Source of the DNA: Candidatus Rariloculus sp.
GTDB lineage: Bacteria > Pseudomonadota > Gammaproteobacteria > Steroidobacterales > Rariloculaceae
DNA length: 64,000 nt
Direction: 5' to 3'
NCBI RefSeq assembly: GCF_965263005.1
Contig: NZ_OZ253579.1
Coordinates: 1,911,399-1,975,398 of the forward strand
Part shown: positions 51,898 through 61,403 of the stretch, one piece after another
Position numbering within the stretch: position 1 is the first letter of the stretch
Layout of the letters: the number at the start of each line of letters is the position of its first letter
The notes under the pieces: model-generated
Seen by the model: only the letters and a program-made list of their open reading frames with translations
Told to the model about the DNA's origin: nothing
Databases searched by the model: none
Made by a program: the position numbers and the translations under genes

Positions 51898-52078
51898 GGC
51901 TGGTCTTCACAATCCGACTGCGCCGTACGGAAGTGGGCGGAACGCGCCGTTACGGCGTTGCGCCCCGTGCCAATATGCCCGATATTGCCTGCGGAGCGCG
52001 CTTCGTTCGGCGGCATTCTGCCCGCCCTGAATGCGATGTTATTTGTGGGACAGGACACTTGGCGGGCATGATATTCGA

Positions 52079-53128
52079 ATGAGCACTCTCCTGGTAACGG
52101 GCGGGGCCGGCTTTGTCGGTTCTGCGTTGGTGCGTCAACTGATCGACGAGACGGATTCGACCGTGATCAACGTCGACTCGCTGACTTATGCCGGAAGTCT
52201 CGAGTCGCTGGCCGACGCGCGGCATCATCCGCGCCACATCTTTGAGCGCGTCGATGTATGCAATCGGCGCGAGCTCGATCGGCTGTTCCGGGACCATCGT
52301 CCGGATGCGGTCGTGCACCTGGCGGCGGAAACACACGTGGACCGTTCGATCGCCGAACCGTCGCCGTTCATCGGGACCAACGTCATCGGAACGTCTAACA
52401 TCCTGGATGCCGCCCGCGCCTACTGGAACGATCTCGAGTCCGAGGCTCGACAGACATTCCGTGTGCTCCACGTTTCCACCGACGAGGTTTACGGAGATCT
52501 CGGACCGGAAGATCCGCCCTTCAACGAGGATACGGCCTGCGCCCCCAACTCGCCCTATGCGGCCAGCAAGGCCGCGGCCGACCACCTCGTACGCGCCTGG
52601 CATCGTACTTACGGCCTGCCCGTGCTCATCACGCGCTCGTGCAACAACTATGGGCCCTGGCAGGTCGCGGAGAAGCTGATTCCGCTGATGATCTGCAACG
52701 CCGTCGGCGGCAGACCGCTGCCCGTTTACGGGACCGGCGGCAATATTCGCGAATGGATTCACGTCGACGATCACTCCCGCGCATTGCGCCGCGTGCTCGA
52801 AGCTGGCGTACCTGGCCGCGTTTACAACATCGCAGGACAGGCAGAGCTTACGAACCTCGAGGTCGTCAAGGCGATCTGCGCGATACTCGACGGGATCGCG
52901 CCGCGCGCCGCGGGTTCTTACGCCGAGCTCGTGCGGTTCGTTTCCGACCGGCCGGGCCACGATCGCCGCTACGCCGTCGACGACGGGCGGATCCGTAGTG
53001 AGCTCGGTTGGCAGCGGCAGGAACGGTTTGACGAAACGCTCGCGAAAACCGTGCGGTGGTACGTCGATCACCCGGAATGGCTACAGCGCGTTGTTGCGTT
53101 CACGATCGCCCGGTGCGCCGGTGAATGA
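52079..53128 (+). CDS. rfbB: dTDP-glucose 4,6-dehydratase
   Basis: LVTGGAGFVGS, HLAAETHVDRSI, HVSTDEVYG, PYAASKAAADH, DRPGHDRRY. Confidence 0.93.
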   Translation: MSTLLVTGGAGFVGSALVRQLIDETDSTVINVDSLTYAGSLESLADARHHPRHIFERVDVCNRRELDRLFRDHRPDAVVHLAAETHVDRSIAEPSPFIGTNVIGTSNILDAARAYWNDLESEARQTFRVLHVSTDEVYGDLGPEDPPFNEDTACAPNSPYAASKAAADHLVRAWHRTYGLPVLITRSCNNYGPWQVAEKLIPLMICNAVGGRPLPVYGTGGNIREWIHVDDHSRALRRVLEAGVPGRVYNIAGQAELTNLEVVKAICAILDGIAPRAAGSYAELVRFVSDRPGHDRRYAVDDGRIRSELGWQRQERFDETLAKTVRWYVDHPEWLQRVVAFTIARCAGE

Positions 53129-53670
53129 TGAAAGTCATCCCAACGAAGATTCCTGACGTCCTGCTGGTCGAGCCCGAGATCTTCACCGACGAGCGAGGAT
53201 TCTTCATGGAGACCTGGCGCCGCGGCGCGTTGGCGGAGCACGGGATCGACGTCGAATTCGTGCAGGACAATCACAGCCGATCCGTCGCAGGCGCGTTGCG
53301 CGGGCTGCACTACCAGATCCGCCAACCCCAGGGTAAGCTCGTGCGAGTCACGCTCGGCGAAGTCTTCGACGTGGCGGTCGATCTGCGCAAGAGTTCGCGG
53401 ACGTTCGGTCAATGGGTAGGTGCGCTTCTGTCGGCCGAGGATGCGCGGGCGCTGTGGATACCGCCGGGGTTCTGTCACGGTTTCTACGTCACGTCGGGGC
53501 CGGCGGACGTTCACTACAAGTGCACCGACTTTTACGCGCCCGAATACGATAGGTGCATTCTGTGGAACGACTCCGAGCTTGCTATCGAATGGCCATTGAG
53601 CGGCCGCCCGCTGATTTCAGATCGGGATCGCGGAGCGACGCCGTTCGCGGCCGCTCAGTGCTTTGCTTGA
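53125..53670 (+). CDS. rfbC: dTDP-4-dehydrorhamnose 3,5-epimerase
   Basis: DERGFFME, FVQDNHSRS, LRGLHYQ, QGKLVR, DVAVDLR, GFCHGF. Confidence 0.95.
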   Translation: MMKVIPTKIPDVLLVEPEIFTDERGFFMETWRRGALAEHGIDVEFVQDNHSRSVAGALRGLHYQIRQPQGKLVRVTLGEVFDVAVDLRKSSRTFGQWVGALLSAEDARALWIPPGFCHGFYVTSGPADVHYKCTDFYAPEYDRCILWNDSELAIEWPLSGRPLISDRDRGATPFAAAQCFA

Positions 53671-53757
53671 GGCGGACGGCCGTCAGCGAACCGAACGGAC
53701 GCTGATATCCTTTGCGACTTCGCCTACAGACAGTGCTTTTGGTGAGTACAGTGGCCG

Positions 53758-54531
53758 TCAGCGAACCCGTCGCACCTGGATGAAGCCGCCGTGCTCCACG
53801 CTCGTGAGACGGTGCGACTCGCCCCAGTTTGTCGGGTAGAGTCTGACCTCAAGACCGGGCCTGAGCGCATACCATTGGGGCCTGACCTGGTCCCACATCT
53901 GGCCGTTGTCGAGCGTGATGAGGTAGCTGTTCGGCCCTCTCTCGCGTAGGGCCGCGATCGTGGCGACGATCTGGTTTTCGGCCGCCTCGGCCGCTTCGGC
54001 CTGCTCAGCGGCTTCGCGCTCGGCCGCCCTCGCGGCCCGGCGCGCCTGGCGCCGCTGCCACCAGTTCAGGTCTTCGGCGTCTGCCTGCCCGTCAGCGTCG
54101 GCTGCGTCGCTGGCGTCGGGCTCGCGATCCTGTCCTTCGCTCTCGCTCGCGCGCTGGCTCGCGGCGGCTGGGCGGGCCTGCTCAGCGTCAGCCTGCCGAG
54201 CCGGGGGGGGCGGCTCAGCGTCAGCCGGCTGAGCCGGACTGGCCTCGACGGCGCGCCCGTCGACGGCACCGGCGTCGTCCTGCTCTGCGCCGTCTTCCTG
54301 CTCTACGCCGTCGTCTTGCTCTGCGCTGTCGTCAGACGCCGCCGCTTCGCTCACGGACAGCGCCTGTTCGACCTGGGACGCGAAGCAGGCCAGCCGTTCC
54401 ACCGGCGCTTCGAGCGCGATGCACTCGCCCACCTCGACGGTCACTTCGTCAGTGTCCTGCGCTGACGCGGCTTGCAAGCCGCACAGCAATGCTGCGGTTG
54501 CCGACACGCGCATGGACATCGTCACGGCCAT
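53758..54531 (-). CDS. Secreted protein with acidic low-complexity linker
   Basis: Signal peptide, C...ERLACF Cys pair, 18-bp tandem repeats (DDSAEQ/DDGVEQ/EDGAEQ), C-terminal ITLDNGQMW.Q domain. Confidence 0.7.
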   Translation of the reverse strand: MAVTMSMRVSATAALLCGLQAASAQDTDEVTVEVGECIALEAPVERLACFASQVEQALSVSEAAASDDSAEQDDGVEQEDGAEQDDAGAVDGRAVEASPAQPADAEPPPPARQADAEQARPAAASQRASESEGQDREPDASDAADADGQADAEDLNWWQRRQARRAARAAEREAAEQAEAAEAAENQIVATIAALRERGPNSYLITLDNGQMWDQVRPQWYALRPGLEVRLYPTNWGESHRLTSVEHGGFIQVRRVR

Positions 54532-54653
54532 ATTGCACCTTCCGTTCACTTCGCTACGCCTCGTCTCAGTTTCCCTGTCGTGCGTTGACGCGACAGCTAG
54601 CATACCCACCGGCGCCCGCACGAATCAATGCGCGGCCCGCCGGCCGTGGCGGT

Positions 54654-56783
54654 TCACGGCGTGGCGGACGGCGCCACACCCGCGGCAGATCGCACAGGCT
54701 CCGGAGGAAGCCACCTCGACGCTCTACCGCTGACGGGGTTGTCGTAGTGAAACGGCAGCGCGTAGACGTTCGGGAACATCTCGAACTCGAGCGCCGGCGG
54801 CGCGTCGGGCGGATAGCTCTCGCTCGGTCCCGGGACGCCGCGACCCGGGTTCCGGGTCCACCCTCCGTCGTAGCCCGCGGTCCACGTGTTGAAAGCATGC
54901 ACCTTGCTGAACTTCCAGACGCCGTCTTCCTTGACCGCCGCGTTCTCATAAATTGCTGCGCCCATCGAAGCGCGCTGGCCGAAGTTGAGCTGCTGCATCA
55001 TGCGCAGCCGGATTCGCGCGGTTTGCCCGTCGTCGTCGATATGGATCACGGGCTGCATCTGTAGGTGGTTGCCGAGGCGGCCAGCGACCGGCCCTTCGCC
55101 GCCGCGGCCGAACACGCTGAGCAGGAAACCGCGGACGCGCTCGCCGCCCATGTAGACGCCGCGCTGGGCAAGCTCCATCGAGCTTTCTTCGGCAAAGAGA
55201 TCAGCAAGGTCGTTCCAGAGGTTCTTGTCCAGGTAGTAGCCGTAGGCGTACTCGAGGTTGATGAGCTCGTGATAGTCCTTGGCGCGCGCAATCAGTCGTT
55301 CGGCATCGATCAAAGCGGTCTCGACGTCCCCGTACGACGGCGGGTCATCGATCTGTCCCGCCACCACGGCGGCCGTCGCGGCCAGGATGGCGCGCCGGGA
55401 CGGTCTGCCTTCGCCGCTGGGGTAGCTCGGTTCAGCGCTCGTGACCGGATTGCGGTAGTGGTACGGCGGAATGTGCGCTTCGGGATAGATCTCGTAGTCT
55501 TCAGTCGGAGGCCCGTCGGGCGGCCGCTCGGCGCTCACGGCGGCCGGCTGTTGCGCGTCCTGGCCCCAACCTTGCTCGTAGTCGCTGATGAAGGTCGGGT
55601 AGAAGCGCAGCGACCGGATTTTCCACTTCCCGTCCTGTTTGACGAAGCTGTTCTCGTAGATCCCGGCGCTCCAGGCGCCGTGCTGTTCGTAGACGCCGGT
55701 CTGGGAGAATTCGCGACTGCGCGAGCGCGCCGTCAGCCCGTCGGGTGCGACGCTGACGACGATCTGCAACTGCATATGGTCGTTGAGTTCGCCATCGCTG
55801 AGGCCGGCGGGCCCGAGCAGATCGAGAAACTCGCGGATGCGCGGCCTGCCGACGTAGACCCCGCGCAAGCCCATCTCGATCGTGCCGTCGTCGGTGAAGA
55901 GGTCCGCGACGTGGTCCCACATGCGCCGGTCGAAGTAATAGCCGTAGATCCGTTGCAGATTCTCGATCTCCTGCTCGTCCCGCAGCAGGCTCGCGCGCCG
56001 CGCCAATTCCTGCGCGCGCTCTGCAGTGTCGCCGCGCCGCGCCGAAACCGCGGGCGCCGTATCGGTCCAGACCAGTCCGCCCGCGCTGGTGCCTGGGTTG
56101 TCGTAGTGGAAAGGCGCGAGGCAGGCCTCCGGGAACCCCTCGCAAGGCATGTTGCGCTCGCGGTCCGCCGGATGCGGCAGGTTGCGCGGGCCGCGCGCGC
56201 GTCTCGGCCCGGGATCGACCCATCCTGTCGAGTAGGGCGCGCCGAAGCCCGAATGGTAGTCGAGCGTTTGGATTTTCCAGACGCCATCCTCCCTGACGTA
56301 GCCCATCTGGTAGACGCCTTCGGCCCAGGTTGCGCCGCCGCCGTAGCGGCTGAACATCGCCATGGCGCGCCAGCGTCCCTTGGCGGTCCGGCCACCCGGA
56401 TCGAGGTGTACGACGGGCTGCAGATTCATGTGGTTGTAAAGGCGCCCGTCGCCGAGTCCCGTCTCGCCCATTTCGACGGCGCCGACGTTGAGGTAGAGAT
56501 GCCGCGTGATGCTTGGCTTGCCGATGTAGACGCCGGCTGGATAGTTCGCGACGGCGTCGTCAGTGAAAAGCTCGGCAAGGTCGGTCCACATGCCCTTGTC
56601 GAGATAGTAGCCGTAGGCGCGCTGCAATCGCTTGATGGCGCTCAGGTCTTCGCCGCGCTCGATTTCGGCCTGCAGCCGGTCCATCCGCGCGTGCAGCGCG
56701 TCGGCCGCGTCCTGGGCAAGCGCGCAGGCCGCGATGGCAGTCAGGACGATACCGAGCAGGGCGTGTTTCGTGATTTTCGACAT
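54654..56783 (-). CDS. Exported protein with three tandem SnoaL/NTF2-like domains
   Basis: Three copies of L...YGYY.D...W...A.LF ... H...Q.V ... DG.WK; signal peptide. Confidence 0.85.
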   Translation of the reverse strand: MSKITKHALLGIVLTAIAACALAQDAADALHARMDRLQAEIERGEDLSAIKRLQRAYGYYLDKGMWTDLAELFTDDAVANYPAGVYIGKPSITRHLYLNVGAVEMGETGLGDGRLYNHMNLQPVVHLDPGGRTAKGRWRAMAMFSRYGGGATWAEGVYQMGYVREDGVWKIQTLDYHSGFGAPYSTGWVDPGPRRARGPRNLPHPADRERNMPCEGFPEACLAPFHYDNPGTSAGGLVWTDTAPAVSARRGDTAERAQELARRASLLRDEQEIENLQRIYGYYFDRRMWDHVADLFTDDGTIEMGLRGVYVGRPRIREFLDLLGPAGLSDGELNDHMQLQIVVSVAPDGLTARSRSREFSQTGVYEQHGAWSAGIYENSFVKQDGKWKIRSLRFYPTFISDYEQGWGQDAQQPAAVSAERPPDGPPTEDYEIYPEAHIPPYHYRNPVTSAEPSYPSGEGRPSRRAILAATAAVVAGQIDDPPSYGDVETALIDAERLIARAKDYHELINLEYAYGYYLDKNLWNDLADLFAEESSMELAQRGVYMGGERVRGFLLSVFGRGGEGPVAGRLGNHLQMQPVIHIDDDGQTARIRLRMMQQLNFGQRASMGAAIYENAAVKEDGVWKFSKVHAFNTWTAGYDGGWTRNPGRGVPGPSESYPPDAPPALEFEMFPNVYALPFHYDNPVSGRASRWLPPEPVRSAAGVAPSATP

Positions 56784-57013
56784 GTATCCTCCTCGCGGTT
56801 GCCGCTTGCGCGGTGGCGCCGTTCCTGACGAGGACCCTGACAAAGATCCTGGCAAGGATCGCGGCGAAGATCGTCACGGAGACGGTCGTTCGCGGACCCG
56901 CATTGCTATCATCGAATAAACGTACGATTTGGGGGCCGAACGGCTTGATCGGCGACTCAGGCGAGTTTGCCCCACTCATCAGGCTGCGACAAGCTCGCCG
57001 ATCGTTTCAGGGG

Positions 57014-57085
57014 CCAGGAGCCTGCGCCGTAGGAAATCGCGATAGCGAAATTGCAGCCGTGATTTCCTACGGCGCAGGCTCTTGG
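57014..57085. repeat. Long inverted repeat, MITE-like
   Basis: Perfect 21-bp arms GAGCCTGCGCCGTAGGAAATC (57018-57038) and GATTTCCTACGGCGCAGGCTC (57061-57081), extendable with G-U pairs. Confidence 0.85.
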
Positions 57086-57302
57086 GGCAGCGCAGGAGAG
57101 GCAACGAGATGGAAGGCGGAAACGAATGCGCGTAGCAGTATTCGCGGCTGCGTGCGCCGCGCTGACGCGGAGAGAACAGATGGCTACTCTCCAACGGCAA
57201 ATCAGGGAGTTACGAGTTTGTTCCATGCAAGCCCGTGGCGAAAGCCCCGCTGCATTCGAGCGGCGATACGTCCCGGCCGGCGGCGTTGCTCGTCGAGCGA
57301 AC

Positions 57303-59516
57303 ATGCCTGGTATTTTCCCTTCTCGCGCCTTGCCGGCCGGGCGCCTCGCCGCTCTGCGTGCAACGCGCGGCTTTTGCCGCGGACTGCGTGCTCTGCGATG
57401 GTGGCGCCGCGGCTCCGATTCGACCTTCGCGGTCATGGTGGTCGCAGTCGTGGTCGCTGCGAGTCTCGGAGCGGCCCGCTCGGCGGGAGCCCAGGAGCGC
57501 GCCCGGGAGAGAGCGATCACGCCTGCGCCGGCGTTCACGGGCAGGCAACTGAGCGAATTGCCGCGGGACGGGTGGCTCACGAACGGCGGCAATCTGCACA
57601 ATCAGCGCTATTCCCCGCTCAGTCAGATCAACCGGGATAACGTCGCGAACCTCAAGGCCGTGTGGCGCGCGTCGCTCAACGGCTCCGGCATTCATCCGCG
57701 CGCGGGTAATCAGGCGCAGCCGATCGTCCATGACGGCGTGCTCTATATCGCGACCGGCGAAAATGACGTCTTCGCGATCGACGTCGCGAGCGGTGAAATT
57801 CTCTGGGAGTACGCGGCAAACATCGATCCGAACGTCGCGCGGCCATGCTGCGGCTGGTCCGTACGCGGGCTCGGCCTGGGCGAGGGCCTCGTCTTCGTCG
57901 GCCGGCTCGATGCACGGCTCGTCGCGCTCGATCAACGCACCGGCGAGGTCGTCTGGGATATCCAGGCCGAGGACGCGGCGCTCGGCTTCAGCATCACGAG
58001 CGCGCCGCTGTACTACGACGGCATGGTGGTCACGGGCTTTGCCGGCGGCGATCTCGGCATCCGCGGCCGCGTCAACGCTTATGACGCGGACAGCGGCGAG
58101 CTGATCTGGAAGTTCTACACGGTGCCCGGTCCCGGCGAGATCGGGCACGACACGTGGCCCTCGAACAGCGATGTTTGGATGTACGGCGGCGCGTCGGTCT
58201 GGCAGACGCCGGCTGTCGACTCAGAGCTCGGCCTGATCTATTTCTCGACGAGCAACCCCGGGCCCGTGCTCAACGGCAACCTGAGACCCGGCGACAACCT
58301 GTTCAGCGTGTCGATCGTTGCGATCGACGCGGCGACGGGCGAATACCGCTGGCATTTCCAACAGGTGCATCACGACATCTGGGATTACGATTCACCGAAT
58401 CCGATCATCCTGTTCGACGCGGAATATGACGGCGTCCTGCGCAGGGGGTTGGCCCAGGCCGCAAAGACCGGCTGGGTCTATATCCTCGACCGGGAAACGG
58501 GAGAGCCGTTGATCGGTATCGTCGAGACGCAGGTGACGCAGGAGCCGCAACAGGCGACATCGCCGACCCAGCCGTTCCCGATCGGCGATGCGCTCGTGCC
58601 GCAGTTCATCGATATGCCCCTCGAGGGCTTCAAGCTCATCAACGATGGCCGCATTTTCACGCCATTCAAGGACGATGAGCCGGTGCTGTGGAAGCCTCTG
58701 GCCGCCGTCAATTGGCCGCCAAGCTCCTACGATCCGGAGACGAACACGATGTACATCTGCGCGACCGATTCCTTCTGGGGAGCGGTCGGCGGCGATCCCG
58801 ACTACCCGGTCGAGCCGGGCGCGCTTTATTCGGGCAGCGTCGTCGCGCGCATCCGCTCGCCGAGGCGCGGCGTGTTCGCGGCTTTGGACCTCACGACGAA
58901 CCGGCTCGTCTGGCGGCAACAGTGGGTCGATAGCTGCTACTCGGGCTCGGTAACGACGGCGGGCGGACTCGTGTTTGTCGGGCGCAGCGACGGCCGCCTC
59001 ACGGCGCTCGACAGCGCCAACGGCGACAAGCTCTGGGAGTTTCAGACCGACGGCGGCGTGAACGCGACCGTCTCGACATTCGAGCACGACGGCGAGCAGC
59101 TCGTCGCCGTGCTCGCAGGCGGCACGGCGCTCGCGCGTTCGAAGAAGTCGGATGGCGTCTGGCTATTCTCGTTGAGCGGCGAGATCGAATCCCTGCCGCC
59201 CGGCTCGGCCGATCCGACCGGACAGTTCGCACCGCCTGAGGCCGCGGTCGCCGTGCCTGAAGGCCGAACCGCCGATCTTGCGCGCGGCGAGGCAATCTAC
59301 CGGCAGGCGTGCTTCGTTTGTCACGGTGACGACGGGCGGGGCGGACAGCATGGCGGAGGCATCGCGTTGACGGCCGCGCTGACCGGCGAGCTCATCATGA
59401 ACACGGCCGCCAACGGCCGCAACGACATGCCGGGTTTCGGCAGTATCTACGAAACCGACGAGCTGCACGATGTCGCAGGCTACATCCTGGATCGGCTGGT
59501 TACGGCTCAGGAGTGA
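57303..59516 (+). CDS. PQQ-dependent dehydrogenase with C-terminal cytochrome c
   Basis: QRYSPLSQINRDNV, vicinal CC, W-motifs, HHDIWDYD, CFVCH heme motif; start uncertain (57303 or 57435). Confidence 0.9.
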   Translation: MPGIFPSRALPAGRLAALRATRGFCRGLRALRWWRRGSDSTFAVMVVAVVVAASLGAARSAGAQERARERAITPAPAFTGRQLSELPRDGWLTNGGNLHNQRYSPLSQINRDNVANLKAVWRASLNGSGIHPRAGNQAQPIVHDGVLYIATGENDVFAIDVASGEILWEYAANIDPNVARPCCGWSVRGLGLGEGLVFVGRLDARLVALDQRTGEVVWDIQAEDAALGFSITSAPLYYDGMVVTGFAGGDLGIRGRVNAYDADSGELIWKFYTVPGPGEIGHDTWPSNSDVWMYGGASVWQTPAVDSELGLIYFSTSNPGPVLNGNLRPGDNLFSVSIVAIDAATGEYRWHFQQVHHDIWDYDSPNPIILFDAEYDGVLRRGLAQAAKTGWVYILDRETGEPLIGIVETQVTQEPQQATSPTQPFPIGDALVPQFIDMPLEGFKLINDGRIFTPFKDDEPVLWKPLAAVNWPPSSYDPETNTMYICATDSFWGAVGGDPDYPVEPGALYSGSVVARIRSPRRGVFAALDLTTNRLVWRQQWVDSCYSGSVTTAGGLVFVGRSDGRLTALDSANGDKLWEFQTDGGVNATVSTFEHDGEQLVAVLAGGTALARSKKSDGVWLFSLSGEIESLPPGSADPTGQFAPPEAAVAVPEGRTADLARGEAIYRQACFVCHGDDGRGGQHGGGIALTAALTGELIMNTAANGRNDMPGFGSIYETDELHDVAGYILDRLVTAQE

Positions 59517-59623
59517 CTGTCCCCCGGAGAGTAAGCGCTGCGCCTTGCGGCAGCCTTGCCGCGAGGCGCTGAATATGACGTTATTCGTCGGGCACGACGC
59601 GAGTAAGCGCCGCGCACCGCCTG

Positions 59624-59878
59624 TTACAGTGCGTCGAGCGGTTCGTCTGGCGCGGTGAGGTCAGCCGGCGGGTGGCCGTGGGGGATCGGATCGGCATAGC
59701 GCGGCCAGACGCCGAACATGTCGTCGATCGTCCAGTCCAGGAGCGCAGCCGGTCCCGAATCGGCGCTCGTGACGGCGCTCGTGAAGGCTGTCGCGACGGT
59801 TGGCGCGAGCGCCCCCGCGGCTGTCGCGCCCACCGTGCCGATGAATTCACGACGGTCCCACAACCGCTCACCGGTCAT
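59624..59878 (-). CDS. Tat-signal micro-protein
   Basis: DRREFIG twin-arginine motif plus hydrophobic stretch; short mature part WTIDDMFGVWPRYADPIP; alternative GTG at 59923 overlaps the upstream stop. Confidence 0.6.
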   Translation of the reverse strand: MTGERLWDRREFIGTVGATAAGALAPTVATAFTSAVTSADSGPAALLDWTIDDMFGVWPRYADPIPHGHPPADLTAPDEPLDAL

Positions 59879-59919
59879 GCCTGTCCCTCGCGCGCCGCTG
59901 TCGGTTTGCAGCTCGCCGC

Positions 59920-61350
59920 TCACGCCGAGGCCTCCTGCTCGGCGAGCTCGGCCGCCGAGAACCAGTTGACGTGCGTGCCGCCGCGCAGCCTGAACGGCAG
60001 CTTGACGACTGCGACCGCGCCTTCCTCCATGCGGGTCGCATCGACGATGTGCAGTTCGGAAGCCATCTCGGCGTAGTTGCTCGCAACGCCCATGATGTAG
60101 CCGTCGCCTTCCCCGGTGCTGCCCTTGCGCGGCACAAAACCGCTTTCCTGCAGGCTCTGCGTGTCGCCGACGTAGAAGGTGCTCGTCGGGCCGCCCTGCA
60201 GGTCGTAGCGTTGATACGTGTTCGTGACGCGCCGCCTGGCGCCCACGCGCGCCTCGTCGAATGGCAGGCTCGGGTCGCTGTTGCCGACGAAACCGTACCG
60301 GTAGGGCAGGGAGAGATAGCGGTCATCCATGCGCGCGAGCACGCCGTTGGCCGTGGAGATGACCTCCTCGCCGAAGCGGTCATTGCGTGAGTTCATGTCG
60401 AACGTCCAACGCTTGATCTGCGACGGCGAGCGCTCCCCGTCGGACACGGGCAGGTCCATCAGGACGCGGTTGCCGTCGTCGACGGCGTTGAGAAAATGCA
60501 GCGTGTTTCTGGCCGGACCCTGAAACCAGCGGACATCGGACGCGTCGCCATCGCGCGGCAATACGCCCACCATCGTCGGCAGGCTGCCGTCCCACACCCA
60601 CATCGGCTCGCCGGATTGCAGTCGCTCGAGACTCGTCGTCCGCGATATGACCGGGATGACGATGTACTTCTGCGTGATCGCGATGTCGTGGATGATGCCG
60701 AGATAGGGCGACTTGAGCCAGACCTCCTTCGTGATGTGGCCCGCCGGGTTGATCGTGTAGATCGCGATGTCGTTGCTCAGATCGCCCCTGGCCTGATAGC
60801 CGTAAGCGATCATCTCGCCCGTGACCGGATCGATCTTCGGGTGCGCCGACATGCTGGTCGCCGCCCATTTCCCGTGGAAGTCCCAGCTTCCGAAGGTCTC
60901 GAGCGTCACGGGATCGATCGCGTACGGCAGGGCATCCTCCTTGAGCATGAGCATCCTGCCGCCGTGCCAATAGATGTGCGTGTTGGCTGCGCCGCGGTCG
61001 ACGTTCGCGACGAGGGGATCGTCGGTCAGATGATTGCGGTAAACGCCCCACAGCCGTCTGCGGTGCCGCCGCTCTGCCATGAGTCTGTCGGTCTTTACGT
61101 AGCGGCTCTTGTAGTCGACGGAGCCGTTCGCAAACCGGAACGCGCTGACGTGGCCGTCGCCGTTGAAGCCCGTGAGCCATTCGTTCTCGGGCGGCCGGTA
61201 GGCGAAATCGCACTGGATCCGGAAGAATGTGCCCTCGATGTCGGACGGAATCTCTCCCCAGACCTCGCAGTCGTGGATATCGGCTTCGAAGCGCGTGGGG
61301 CTGTTGAAGCCCCTGGGAAACAGCGGATGATCCCTGAAATCGACAGCCAT
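59920..61350 (-). CDS. Carotenoid-cleavage-oxygenase family, lignostilbene dioxygenase-like
   Basis: Four His ligands (SAHPK, IHD, LHFLNA, THVNW); FNGDG; YRN and LKED substrate-binding motifs. Confidence 0.88.
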   Translation of the reverse strand: MAVDFRDHPLFPRGFNSPTRFEADIHDCEVWGEIPSDIEGTFFRIQCDFAYRPPENEWLTGFNGDGHVSAFRFANGSVDYKSRYVKTDRLMAERRHRRRLWGVYRNHLTDDPLVANVDRGAANTHIYWHGGRMLMLKEDALPYAIDPVTLETFGSWDFHGKWAATSMSAHPKIDPVTGEMIAYGYQARGDLSNDIAIYTINPAGHITKEVWLKSPYLGIIHDIAITQKYIVIPVISRTTSLERLQSGEPMWVWDGSLPTMVGVLPRDGDASDVRWFQGPARNTLHFLNAVDDGNRVLMDLPVSDGERSPSQIKRWTFDMNSRNDRFGEEVISTANGVLARMDDRYLSLPYRYGFVGNSDPSLPFDEARVGARRRVTNTYQRYDLQGGPTSTFYVGDTQSLQESGFVPRKGSTGEGDGYIMGVASNYAEMASELHIVDATRMEEGAVAVVKLPFRLRGGTHVNWFSAAELAEQEASA

Positions 61351-61403
61351 GACTGACTCTCCTTATGGTTCGAATTCGCGAACGGAATCCGCGATGACCG
61401 CTC

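Noticed and set aside
56830-56880. Degenerate 12-bp repeats (also 59760-59800)
   Set aside because: Short low-copy slippage repeats with no evidence of function
57190-57260. c-di-GMP-I riboswitch-like words (GGCAAA, GAAA)
   Set aside because: The required stems and second conserved element are absent
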